From the NCBI GenBank assembly GCA_964016885.1, contig OZ024743.1:247690001-247754000 (forward strand): a stretch of 64,000 nucleotides of DNA, read 5' to 3'. Below the pieces are notes generated by a model. That model saw only the letters and a list, made by a program, of their open reading frames with translations. It made no database searches and had not been told where the DNA came from. The position numbers and the translations under genes are program-made. Source of the DNA: Eledone cirrhosa (Eukaryota). Of the stretch, positions 1 to 10,937 are shown in pieces (positions within the stretch are counted from its first letter, which is position 1; each line of letters begins with the position of its first letter).

Positions 1-2672
1 AACAGTGACTACATAATTATTGCCGGTGACCTAAATGGTCACGTTGGACAACATTGTGACGGCTATGACGGAATCCATGGAGGCTATGGGTTTGGTACTA
101 GAAATGAGGAAGGCTCCAGAATCCAGGAATTCTGTGACGCAAATAACCTAACTATCTGTAACACAAACTTCAGAAAACGAGACAATCACTTGATCACCTA
201 CAGATCAGGGGAACACGCCAGTCAGATAGATTATATCCTTACCAGAAGACATGACAGAGTGTCTGTTGTAAATCCCTCCCCCATGAAGAATGCACCTCCC
301 AGCATAGCCTCATAGTTAGCGACCTCATAGTCAGGACGAGATGTACTCGACAACAGAGGAGAACTACTCTAAGGAGAAGAATATGGAAGTTAAAGGACCC
401 CACAGCCAGTAATAAATTTAAAAGCATATTACTTGATGATTTTGACAGTAAGGAAGAGCAATTAGAATCATACAATATAGAGGAACAGTGGGAATTCCTG
501 AAAGCTAACCTGCTGAAGGCGACAGATGAAATCTGTGGCTGGAGCAAACCTATAGGCAGGAGGAGAGTAACTTGGTGGTGGAACAGTAAGGTGGAGGAGT
601 CAATCAAGGCCAAAAAGCAGGCTTGGAAAGCATGGCGGGGGGGGGGAGTAGAGAAGACTATCAAGTGGCAAGGAGGGAAGCTAGGAGACAAGTGTACTTC
701 GCAAAAAGGGAAGCAGAGGAAAGAAAGTTCAAGCATGTTCTACTACGAGAGGACCAAAAACGCGAGGTGTTCAGGATTGCTAGGCAATGTGTCAAGGAAA
801 ACCGTGATATTGTCGGGGAGAAGTGTGTCCGTAATGATGATGGTGTACTTGCCATCACTGACGCTGATAAGAAGGTAGCTTGGAAGTGTCACTACGAGGG
901 GCTACTAAATGAGGAGAATAAATGGGACAAAGACAGTCTGCCCCACAACGATCCAATAGAGGGAACAGCAGTGCAAGTCGAAGGTAGTATAATAAGTAAG
1001 GCAATCAAAGATATGAAGACAGGCAAGGCGGCTGGGCCTTCGGAAATAGTTGCTGAAATGCTGAAATCATCTGGAACGGTGGGACACACTATGGTGCCCC
1101 GGATAGTAAACCAAGTCAGACAGAATGGGGTCATACCAAAGGACTGGCGTAGCATCATCATCATTAACTGCTACAAGGGTAAAGGAGATGCCCTAGATAG
1201 GGGAAACTATAGAGGCATTAAATTGATTGACCAGGTCATGAAGGTCACAGAAAGAGTTATAGCGCAACTAATCAGAGAGCAAATTGAGCTAGATGAAATG
1301 CAGTTCGGGTTTGTGTCAGGTAAAAGTACCACAGACGCTCTTTTCCTTGTTCGACAACTACAGGAGAAGTACCTAGCTAAAAGTAAACCCCTATACTTAG
1401 CTTTTGTTGACTTGGAAAAAGCCTTTGTCCCTCGCTCCATTATCTGGTGGGCTCTCAGAAAACTAGGTGTCGATGAATGGCTTGTGAGAGCTATACAAGC
1501 CATGTATAAAGAAACAGTCAGTAAGGTTAGAATTAACAACGAATATAGTGAAGAGTTTAGCGTAAAAGTTGGTGTTCATCAGGGCTCTGTTCTCAGCCCC
1601 CTCCTATTTATTATTGCCCTTCAGGCTATAACAGAGGAGTTCAAGACCGGCTGCCCATGGGAACTTCTATACGCAGATGACCTAACGCTCATAGCTGAAT
1701 CGATGGCTGAACTGGAGAAGAAATTCCAAACATGGAAGCATGGCCTAGAATCAAAAGGCCTTAAAGTTAACTTGTCTAAGACTAAATTGCTAGTATGTAG
1801 GAAGGAGAATAGGGCACTGGTCCCATCTGGGAAATGGCCATGCTCAATGTGTAGGAAAGGCGTAGGCAGAAACTCCATTTTATGTCCCAAATGCAAAGTA
1901 TGGGTGCATAAAAGATGTAGTGGGACCACAGGTAAGCTAACTAAGAATATAGATTTTATATGTGGCCGGTGCTTAGGTGCAATAAGTAGTAGCAAGTGCC
2001 CACAGGATACTAGCTCCTTCCATTGCCCAGATGGTTCTATAGAAATAGTGGACACCTTCCGTTACCTGGGTAACAAAATCAGCAGTGGTGGAGGGTGCAC
2101 TGAAAGTACAGTAGCTAGAGTCAGAACGGGATGGAAAGGTTCAGAGAGCTTATACCACTATTGGCCGCTAAAGGTTTCTGTCTAAAAATGAAAGCCAGAC
2201 TGCATGATGCCTGCATACGAACAGCAATGTTACATGGCAGTGAGACATGGGCATTGTGTGCAGAGGATCTACGCAGACTGGAGAGGAACGAAGCTTGCAT
2301 GCTCCGTTGGATGTGTAATAATAATATACGCGAACGGCAAAGCATAAATGAACTAAGGGAGAAATTAGGAATAAGAGGGATCAGATGCTGTTTACTCGAG
2401 AGAAGACTACGTTGGTATGGTCACGTGATGCACATGAAAGACAACAGCTGTATAAAAAAGTGCAGGGCGATCAAAATAGACGGTAGCTACGGAGTAGGCA
2501 GACCCAGAAAAACCTGGGACGATTTGATAAATTCCGACCTTACACACTTACACTTCTCCAAGACAATGTCACTGGACCGAGATCGTTGGCGCTACGCAGT
2601 AATACAGAAGACCCGCCTTGCATAAGTACAAAGCGAAACCTACAATGAGTAGGCACCTCTTAACCAAATACA
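1..2672 (+). mobile_element. RTE-clade LINE (family B), frameshifted; APE C-terminus, RT, PHD-like finger, start of 3' UTR
   Basis: IIIAGDLNGHVG (APE) at the window start; ORF 623-2185 has KAAGPS, NYRGIKL, QFGF, AFVDLEKAF, GVHQGSVLSPLLF, LLYADD; ORF 2131-2625 has MLHGSETW, RRLRWYGHV, GRPRKTW. Confidence 0.93.
623..2625 (+). pseudogene. RTE reverse transcriptase ORF, broken by a frameshift near 2135-2140
   Basis: Overlapping ORFs of 520 aa and 164 aa together give RT plus the RTE C-terminal motifs. Confidence 0.88.
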
Positions 2673-3815
2673 CTGTTGCTGGAAAGTTGCTGCAGTGGAT
2701 CAAGTGTTTCCTGTCAAACAGAGCCCAAAATGTCTAATCGAAGGAATAAAATCAAGTTCAGCCAAAGTCAGTAGTGGTGTCCTACAAGGCACTGTGTTGG
2801 ACCACGTCTTTTCATTATATTAATGATATTGCTGACATCATCAAGCACAGCAACATAAGAATCTTTGCAGATGATTTCAAGCTCCAGAAGGTCATCAATG
2901 GAGTGGGTGACCAGACAAGCCTCCAATCAGATCTAATGGTTGTTATCCAATGGGTGGAAAATAACATTATGCTGCTGAATGAGGATAAATTCAAGTTAAT
3001 CCAGTTAGGAAAAGAGGATGCCCTGAAACTCCCATACTCTCTTCTTTCAGATGAAACTCTCATGATATCAAACAACATCAGAGACTTGGGAGTAATTGTG
3101 GACAACAACATAAGCAGGGCCACTCATATAAACAACGAAGTTGACATGGCCCGCAGAATGTGTTCCTGGATTCTCAGAACCTTCCAGTCGAGAGATATCC
3201 ACACTATTATCCTTCACTTCTCCACTTTTGCCCGACTCTACTTTGAATATTGTTGTCCACTGTGGTCTCCCCACACAAAACAAAGTATCATGAAATTTGA
3301 AACACCCCCAAAGATCAATTACAAAAACGATAGATGGCATGACAGGCCTTGACTGTTGGAATCGATTAGAAAAGCTCAACCTTTATTCTCTCCAATGCAT
3401 GATGTGGAAAATATTCAATCAGAATTGCACGAATGATGTTGGCATCACCTTTAAACTACACCCAAGGTTTGGGCCCTGTGCTATCCGCCCACAACAAAAC
3501 TCAAACTCGCATCAAGTAACAACAATACGGCACAATTACTTCACCTCAATTGGCCTTGCTCTCTTTAACATTACACCAAAACACATTAAAACAGAAACAG
3601 ACCCTATAAAGTTCAAGAAATCTTTCGACAAATTCCTTCAAGAAATCCCAGATAAACCTCCTACACCCAGATATATCTCTGCAAACAATAACTCCCTACT
3701 TGAGTGGGCCATGGTGTCTAAATCCTGATTTGAAAGACTTCGCCAGGTAGTGCTATTAAGTTAGACATGGCCTGGGCCAATACTGGCTGAAACCTATCAA
3801 AGTTATCAAAGTTAT
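2673..3815 (+). mobile_element. 5'-truncated CR1/L2-like LINE (RT C-terminal half plus 3' end)
   Basis: IRIFADD, IRDLGVIVD, EYCCPLWSP, RLEKLNLYSL, FKKSFDKFL; ends in an ATCAAAGTT tandem tail; same 3' end inverted at 27235-27343. Confidence 0.85.
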
Positions 3816-3910
3816 ATAAGTATATATATATGATGAAGGAAGTGTGGTAAGTAACCAGGTGGACCATAACGCACCAAAGTACTCGATACTGGATAGTAGA
3901 GTGAGTAATA

Positions 3911-3993
3911 GGAAAAGAGTCAGGACCCCGATGGCTGAACTCTGGCCGTTTCGACTGGCCGGACCTCAGCCGTTAGGGTCCTGACTCTTTCCT
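3911..3993. repeat. Imperfect ~35-bp-arm hairpin
   Basis: ggaaaagagtcaggacccc..ggctga..ctggcc versus ggccgg..tcagcc..gggtcctgactctttcc. Confidence 0.7.
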
Positions 3994-4137
3994 TATATAT
4001 ATATATAGTTGCTGTAGGGTTGCAGGTAAATGCATCCGTAGGCAGTGTGCCAGTTGAGCACTCAATGCTCGCACAGAGCAGAGTATACTAGTATAAAGAA
4101 GGAGGAATTAATAATGCATCAAACTACAATTTATTAG

Positions 4138-4227
4138 CATATTACATATGTTTCTCCGTTGATAAGCTCGAGGCAGGATCTGTTACAGATCGAACCCGAC
4201 TCTGCATTCGAAGGTTCTTCAGATATG
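4138..4227 (-). ncRNA. Type I hammerhead ribozyme with long stem II
   Basis: Minus strand: CATAT-CTGAAGA-acc...gga-GAAA-CATATG-TA-ATATG; stem I CATAT/ATATG; palindromic stem III. Confidence 0.7.
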
Positions 4228-4532
4228 TCTGGAGGGTTTGTGGTTTTTCTCCACAAACCCTCCAACTCAATTCTACTTTCGAAAAGCATAAGAACTGTGA
4301 AACTGCTAAAGGAAACGAATAAATATTCTTAAAAAGACTCCAGTTGCATTTTCGATTTCTTTTCCTTATAATTTTACTTGTGTAGGACATCTCATCTTTT
4401 TCATTAAAAAAAACCTTATATATATATATATATATTGGAAAATGTGTGAGATCCTTGGTACAGTTAGGTATATTTGAAAAAAAGGAAAAGAATGATTTCA
4501 CTTGTAGTGTTAACAAATTTTTGATTTAATTT

Positions 4533-4645
4533 TATAATTGTTTCTACTTTAGGCACAAGGCCAGCAATTATCCAGTGCATTACTGGTACTTTATTTTATC
4601 GATCCCGTAAGGATGAAAGGCAAAGTCAACCTCGGCAGGATTTCA
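4533..4645 (-). mobile_element. SINE fragment with Meta-like domain
   Basis: Reverse complement reads gccgaggttgactttgcctttcatccttacgggatcgataaaataaagtaccag; matches copies at 52760-52851 and 60395-60515. Confidence 0.75.
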
Positions 4646-4671
4646 TTTTATAATATAATATTATAATATGA

Positions 4672-4780
4672 GTTGGTAGATCCAGTAAGTTCTTTGTTAA
4701 CTTCGGTGGGAAGAATTTTAAAGATTCCTGGTTAACTTAGGTTGGAGAACTTTCTCGCATTCGTCTGTCTGTGGCGATTG
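4672..4780 (-). repeat. Unclassified interspersed repeat; inverted copy at 20404-20510
   Basis: ttggtagatccagtaagttctttgttaacttc... is the approximate reverse complement of ...gaagttaacaaagaacttactagatctaccaa. Confidence 0.65.
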
Positions 4781-5319
4781 TCAAACTGAGATCAGGTTGT
4801 GTTGAAATGTGTCACTATATATAAGAGAGATTTAGATGTGTCTGGGGTGTGGTGTTAATGAGTGTTGATGATGATGAAGGTCCGGAGGAATTAAAGCATA
4901 CATGCATACACACACACACACACACACGTACACACACATATACACACATACACACATATATATACACTCAGAAAATGGTGAGGTTGCAAGATAAGTGTTT
5001 GAGAAGGTGGTTGTAAACATACTCTCCTGCTGGTTTTATTTCATTAGCTGACATTTTATGAGTTTATAATGGCATAGCTAAATCAACTCTTCCAAATCCA
5101 TAAAGAATATCTTCTACAAATTTCTATAATTTAGGTGCTTGTCTGGTTTTAATGTCTTTTGATAAGAATGGGATGACAGGAAAAAGAGAAAAGAAGGATA
5201 GTTTGGGAACATTTGTCAAAGATGTGTTGTTGATATTGGTTTGGGAGAGGAAGTGTGTGTGTGTGTGGGGGGGGGGACATGCTACTCACATATTCACTTC
5301 CCTATATGTAAATATTTCT

Positions 5320-5407
5320 ATAGTTCATATATATTATATACAAACACATACACATACACACACATACATACATATATATACATACACACATACATACACA
5401 TACACAC

Positions 5408-5466
<59 letters not shown>

Positions 5467-5480
5467 CATATACATATATG
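5320..5480. repeat. (TA)n/(CA)n compound microsatellite, one of many in the window
   Basis: Direct inspection. Confidence 0.95.
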
Positions 5481-6192
5481 GTGGCTGCCAACTCGTTTTC
5501 GAGTACGGCCACTACCTTATATCCATGTAGGAGAAACCCTACCGATGCGCTGAACGAGTGTGACTTTTTAGTCCAGCCTGCGACATATACATATACACAC
5601 ATACATACACACACATATACACACACACACACAACACCCACACACACATTTTATATATATTATACACAATACCAGAAAAACCACCCTACGGATGGTTTCT
5701 GCTAGCATGTGTAGTGTGTATATTGATATTATACACAAATATATATGCATGTAAATATGATACATCAAATAAAATCGTAATTGACAATATACACAGAAAT
5801 TGAACAAAGCCTATGTTACACTGTCTTCTGTAATCAGTAATCCATGATATATTAAAAAAAGACGGAGAAACAATTACATATAAACTGCATTAGGAGAAAA
5901 TTAACGACGGAAATATATGCGATTATAAGTGTTATGATATAACGGCTGCTAACCGGAAGTGTTGACATTTGATAATTTTAAAGAAGTGAATTTTAAAGAT
6001 TAAGCTATAAAATATATTTAATCAACAGCCACGAAATTTAGCACATAAATTATGTAATATTCATTCATTATCTATTCAAAGTAATCCAACTTAATTTACA
6101 AACGGGGTTAAAAAATATATTCTGGACACAATGCCGCAGACCTTCCTTTATTATAGTTAAGAAATATATACACACACCATATATATACTATA

Positions 6193-6312
6193 TCATCATC
6201 ATCATCGTTTAACGTCTATCTTCCACGCTAGCTTGGGTTTAGACGGGAATTGTCCCACTTGAGGCAAGGTGGTTGTCTCGCTCGTATGGGACTGTCTGGC
6301 AGGTTTTCCGAT
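6193..6312 (-). mobile_element. RTE-tail SINE/LINE 3' fragment
   Basis: (CAT)n then cgtttaacgtctatcttccacgctagc, the reverse complement of the family B 3' tail. Confidence 0.8.
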
Positions 6313-6321
6313 ATATATATA

Positions 6322-6940
6322 TATAAATGAGCGGAACAAATAATCATCAAAAAATCTTTTAAATAAATTAAAAAACGATTTAAATATTCACCTATTCTAT
6401 TGCCGTTACCGACGGTTTCACTAATCAAAATATTGGAAATTCAGAGAATTTCCAATGGATAGAATTAGATCTTCAGACAGCTATTTCCATACTATAAGGG
6501 TATAAAACCTCATAGTAAGTTAATATTTCGCTTCCTGCCCGTTGCATGCGGTCAAGCCGTTAAAGTGACTTACACACAAAAATAGGCCATGAGTAAAAGC
6601 GGGTTATTATAAACTTGTTGACCATGCCGCTAAAAATAGCAGCGCGATACAACGTTTTGTTCTCTACATATCGGAGAAAAATTATAAAAGGGTATGGATA
6701 TTCCGACAGGCACTAAGTACCTACAGAAATATGCATGGTGTTTATAATAGTTGTGGTTCGATGGTACTAATTTGAGATACCAGAACTATAAAAATGAGCG
6801 GAACAAGTAATCATCAAACAATCTTTTAAATAAATTAAAAAACGATTTAAATATTCACCTGTTCTATTGCCGTTACTGACGGTTTCACTAATCAAAAGAT
6901 TGGAAATTCAGAGAATATTTAAATCGTTTTTTAATTTATT
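6322..6940 (-). mobile_element. Non-coding hammerhead-containing element (retrozyme/Penelope pLTR-like), ~469-bp period
   Basis: Direct repeat 6322-6449 / ~6791-6917; 28-bp inverted flip 6913-6940; hammerhead 6397-6481. Confidence 0.65.
6397..6481 (-). ncRNA. Hammerhead-like motif (variant cleavage triplet GCA)
   Basis: Minus strand: ctgt-CTGAAGA-t-ctaat...[11-bp hairpin]...attag-t-GAAA-ccgt-cggta-acgg-CA-atag. Confidence 0.55.
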
Positions 6941-6941
6941 A

Positions 6942-9256
6942 GGAAGGTGTGGAAAAGAAAGGTCTGGAAGCTAAAAGACCTTTCATTAAAATATAAATTT
7001 AGCAAAGCCCTTCAAGACCTCGTGTATGACGAAAAAGAAGATGATTTAGAGTTGTATGACATAGATGATTACTCGAATTTCTTACGTGACAATTTACTGC
7101 AGGCTACTGAAGAAACTTGTGGTTTGGGCAGAGATTCAACCAGACAGAGAGTGACTTGGTGGTGGAACAACACGGTAGATAGGGGCCATTAGAGACAAAA
7201 GACTGGCATGGAAGGCTTGGAAAAATGGTGGGAGTAGGGAAGGATACACAGCTGCTAGGAGAGAAGCTAGACATCAGGTGTACTTAGCATTCAGGGAGGC
7301 TGAGAGTAGGAGGTTTGCCAATGTTCTGCGATGGGAAGATCAGAGACGTGCGGTGTTCCGCATTGCAAGGCAGTGTATCAGTGCAAATCAGGATGTTGTT
7401 GGAGATAAATGTGTCTAGAATGATGCTGGTGTACTTAGTGTCACGAATGATAAAAAAATGAGGCCTGGAAATGTCACTATGAGAGACTGATGAATGTGGA
7501 GAATGAATGGGACAGAGGGAAATTACCCCCAGTAGACCCAACAGAGGGACCAGCTATTGAGATTTATGAATATAGGGTACAAGAGGCAATTAAAGAAATG
7601 AAGAATGGTAAGGCTGCTGGACCGTCGGGGATAGTTGCTGAGATGCTGAAGGCATCAGGTGAAGTAGGCATTAAACTGGTTGCACGCATCATCAATCAAG
7701 TTATATATGGCGGTGTAATACCCAAAGACTGGTGCAGCAGTATTCTCATAAATTGCTACAAAAGTAAAGGGGATGCTCTAGAGAGGAGCAATTATAGGGG
7801 CATAAAGCTGATGGATCAGGTTATGAAAGTGGCAGAGAGAATATTAGCGCAACTGATTAGAGAAAAGGTCAAATTAGATGAGATGCAGTTTGGTTTTGTG
7901 CCTCGGAAAAGTACAACAGATGCTCTGTTCTTAGTGAGGCAACTACAAGAGAAGTTCTTAGAGAAGAATAAGCCACTATACTTAGCTTTCGTTGACCTAG
8001 AGAAGGCCTTTGATAGGGTACCCCGATCTGTCATCTAGTGGTCCCTAAGGAAACTAGGTGTAGAGGAATGGCTTGTGAGGGCAGTGCAAACTATGTACAG
8101 GGTGTTGTCAGTAAAGTGAGAGTAGGTATGGAGTTTAGTGAAGAATTCCAGATACAAGTAGGTGTACATCAGGGTTCAGTCCTCAGCCCGCTCTTGTTCA
8201 TTATAGTCCTCCAAGCCATAACAGAGGAGTTTAAGACTGGATGCCCATGGGAACTTCTATATGCTGATGATCTGGCTCTTATAGCAGAATCAGTAGAGGA
8301 GCTAGAGAATAAATTCTGGCTATGGAAACAGCAGTTGGAATCAAGAGGTCTGAGAGTGAACATAGCTAAGACAAAAGTGTTGATAAGTAAAAGAGAGGAC
8401 AATACTCTGATTCCATCAGGGAAATGGCTATGTTCGATATGTCGGAAAGGAACTGGCATAAATTCCATAAAATGTACGCAATGCAGATCTTGGGTACACA
8501 AGAGATGTAGTGGGATAGCAGGCAAACTAACAGGTAGGGAAAACTACGTATGCAGTAGATGTACAGGAAAAGTTAAGTTGGCAGTATTAATCGCAGTGAT
8601 AGACACATTTTTCCAATGCAGGTGGGTTCTATAGAAGTGGTTGATAGCTTCCGGTACCTAGGTGATCAGATTAGCATGGGAGGTAGGTGTTCCGAGGCCA
8701 TAGTATCTAGAATAAGGACGGGTTGGAAGAAGTTTAGGGAGCTGCTTCTTTTGTTGACAAAGAAGGGTTTCTCCCTGCATACGAAAGGACGGTTATATGA
8801 TGCTTGTGTGAGATGTGCGATGCTGCATGGTAGTGAGACATGGGCAGCAACTGCAGAGGATATGCCACGGCTGGAGAGAAATGAAGCAAGTATGCTCCGT
8901 TGGATGTGCAATGTCAATGTGCTTGAACGACCAAGTATGGACGAGTTGAGAAAGAAACTGGGTATGAGAGGGATAAGTTGTGGTGTGCAGGAGAGAAGGC
9001 TGAGATGGTATGGACATGTGATGCTCATGGAGGATGACCGCTGGGTTAAGAAGTGCCAAGAAATCCCAGTAGAAGGAAGACGCAGTAGAGGCAGACCACG
9101 TAAAAGATGGGCAGAGGTGGTGAGAGCAGACCTCAGATCGCTGAAACTCACCGAAGAGATGAAGAAGGACCGTGACAAGTGGAGAGATACTGTGCTGAGA
9201 AGGACTCGTCCCACCCTTGCAAGCAGGGAAAAGCGGACGTAAAATGATGATGATGA
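6942..9256 (+). mobile_element. 5'-truncated RTE LINE (family A) with stops and frameshifts, intact 3' tail
   Basis: ORFs 7490-8038, 8038-8634, 8616-9242 with AFVDLEKAFDRVPR, LLYADD, PHD-like finger, RRLRWYGHV; tail acccttgcaagcagggaaaagcggacgtaaa(atg)n. Confidence 0.93.
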
Positions 9257-9522
9257 TATATATATATATATCTCCTATACATATACATATATTTCATACA
9301 CATACATATATATACACACCACATATACACACATATATATTTTCTACATACACATATATATATCCTATATACACACCATATATATATATATCTTTTACAC
9401 ATATACCATACATACACACTATATATATCCTATACATATACCACACATATATCATATACATCCTTTATACATATTATATATATCTCCCACATAAATACAC
9501 ACACACATATATATATATATAT

Positions 9523-10214
9523 AGTATTCCGCAGTTCACTTAGGTTTTTTTCTATTTAATTGCTAAACCTGTAGATATTGTTTTCTATACAGTAACGGTA
9601 AAAATCACTTGTAATAATCCTTTACACACATTTCACTGTGTAACACACTTCTATTTGTGTAATATATTTGTATCCGAGCTCAGAAGAAAATTCTCTATTC
9701 TTCTTTGAGCTAATATTATTATTATTATTACTGTGAACTGCGGAATACTCTTAATTCCGATCCTTGTACTTAACGAGCTCCAAATTGTTGAGCTAATAAA
9801 TTCGAATGGTTGGGCTGCTCTCTCTAGCATTTCCCCCAATCCATGAGAACCGTTATTTGATGCAAATAACACGTGATATCGCCCTACCCTGGGCAGCGTG
9901 TATATTAGCTTTCTCTCTATCCATGAGGCTAGATGTGTAGTAAACAGAATCCACATTTGCTGACTGATGAACCTGTGGCTATTAAACTGCACATTTCTGT
10001 GGCGAAACGAACTTAATTCGTATCAGCAAACTTATAGTTATAAGGTTAGTAATTTAAAACTCTACTTCAGTAATTTGATTCTGACTTAGGTTTTTTCTAT
10101 TTAATTGCTAAACCTGTAGATATTGTTTTCTATACAGTAACGGTAAAAATCACTTGTAATAATCCTTTACACACATTTCACTGTGTAACACACTTCTATT
10201 TGTGTAATATATTT
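9523..10214 (+). mobile_element. Non-coding hammerhead-containing element, ~546-bp period
   Basis: ~131-bp direct repeat 9538-9669 / 10084-10214; 17-bp inverted flip 9523-9539 vs 9733-9749; hammerhead 9956-10030; TA tracts on both sides. Confidence 0.7.
9956..10030 (+). ncRNA. Type I hammerhead ribozyme
   Basis: TTTGCTGA-CTGATGA-(stem II)-GAAA-CGAA-cttaa-TTCG-TA-TCAGCAAA; 8-bp stem I, full stem III; predicted cut after GUA at 10022. Confidence 0.8.
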
Positions 10215-10383
10215 TTATATATATATATATCCTATACACACACATATATTTTATACATACATATATATACACACACATATACATATACATATATATACAT
10301 ATATATCCTGATGGCCTCCAAAAACAACGGTCAATTTTTAAAAGGGGTACGTCAATGTCTATTTATAAAACTGTTATATATTG

Positions 10384-10448
10384 TATTTTGTCTGATGAAG
10401 GCATACCATAATGTAACTTGGTATCCTTGAAATATATATAATGAAATA
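10384..10448 (+). ncRNA. Minimal type I hammerhead ribozyme
   Basis: tattttgt-CTGATGA-agg-c-atacca..tggtat-cct-t-GAAA-tatata-TA-atgaaata. Confidence 0.68.
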
Positions 10449-10569
10449 AATATGGTTTTATAAATATAGTTTCCATTTATTAATATCGTATTATATACAT
10501 ATATATATATTCCACACATTTTATACATACATATATATATTCCATATATACACATTTTATACCTCCTAC

Positions 10570-10665
10570 ATCATCATCATCATCATCATCATCATCCTTT
10601 TACGTCCGCTTTTCCCTGCTTGCAAGGGTTGGACAGGTTTTATTCGGCACAGCATCTCTCACAGT
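10570..10665 (-). mobile_element. RTE family A 3' tail fragment
   Basis: (CAT)n then ttttacgtccgcttttccctgcttgcaagggt. Confidence 0.8.
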
Positions 10666-10937
10666 CCTACATATATATATATATTTTACATATACATATA
10701 TATATTTACTACATATATATATACATATAAATATATTATACACATATCCACACATACACATACACATACATACACATATCTATCTCACACATACGCACGT
10801 GCATACATACACACACACATATATATATATACACACACACATATGCACACATACACATAAACATGTACACTTATATCTGTATACCTACAGATACATATAT
10901 AAAAAAAACACATCTGTACGTACATATATGTATACAC

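Noticed and set aside
661-2345. Antisense ORFs over the RTE elements
   Set aside because: Shadow frames of the RT coding strand
5152-5807. ORFs containing YIYIYI/HTHT runs (here and throughout)
   Set aside because: Translations of microsatellites
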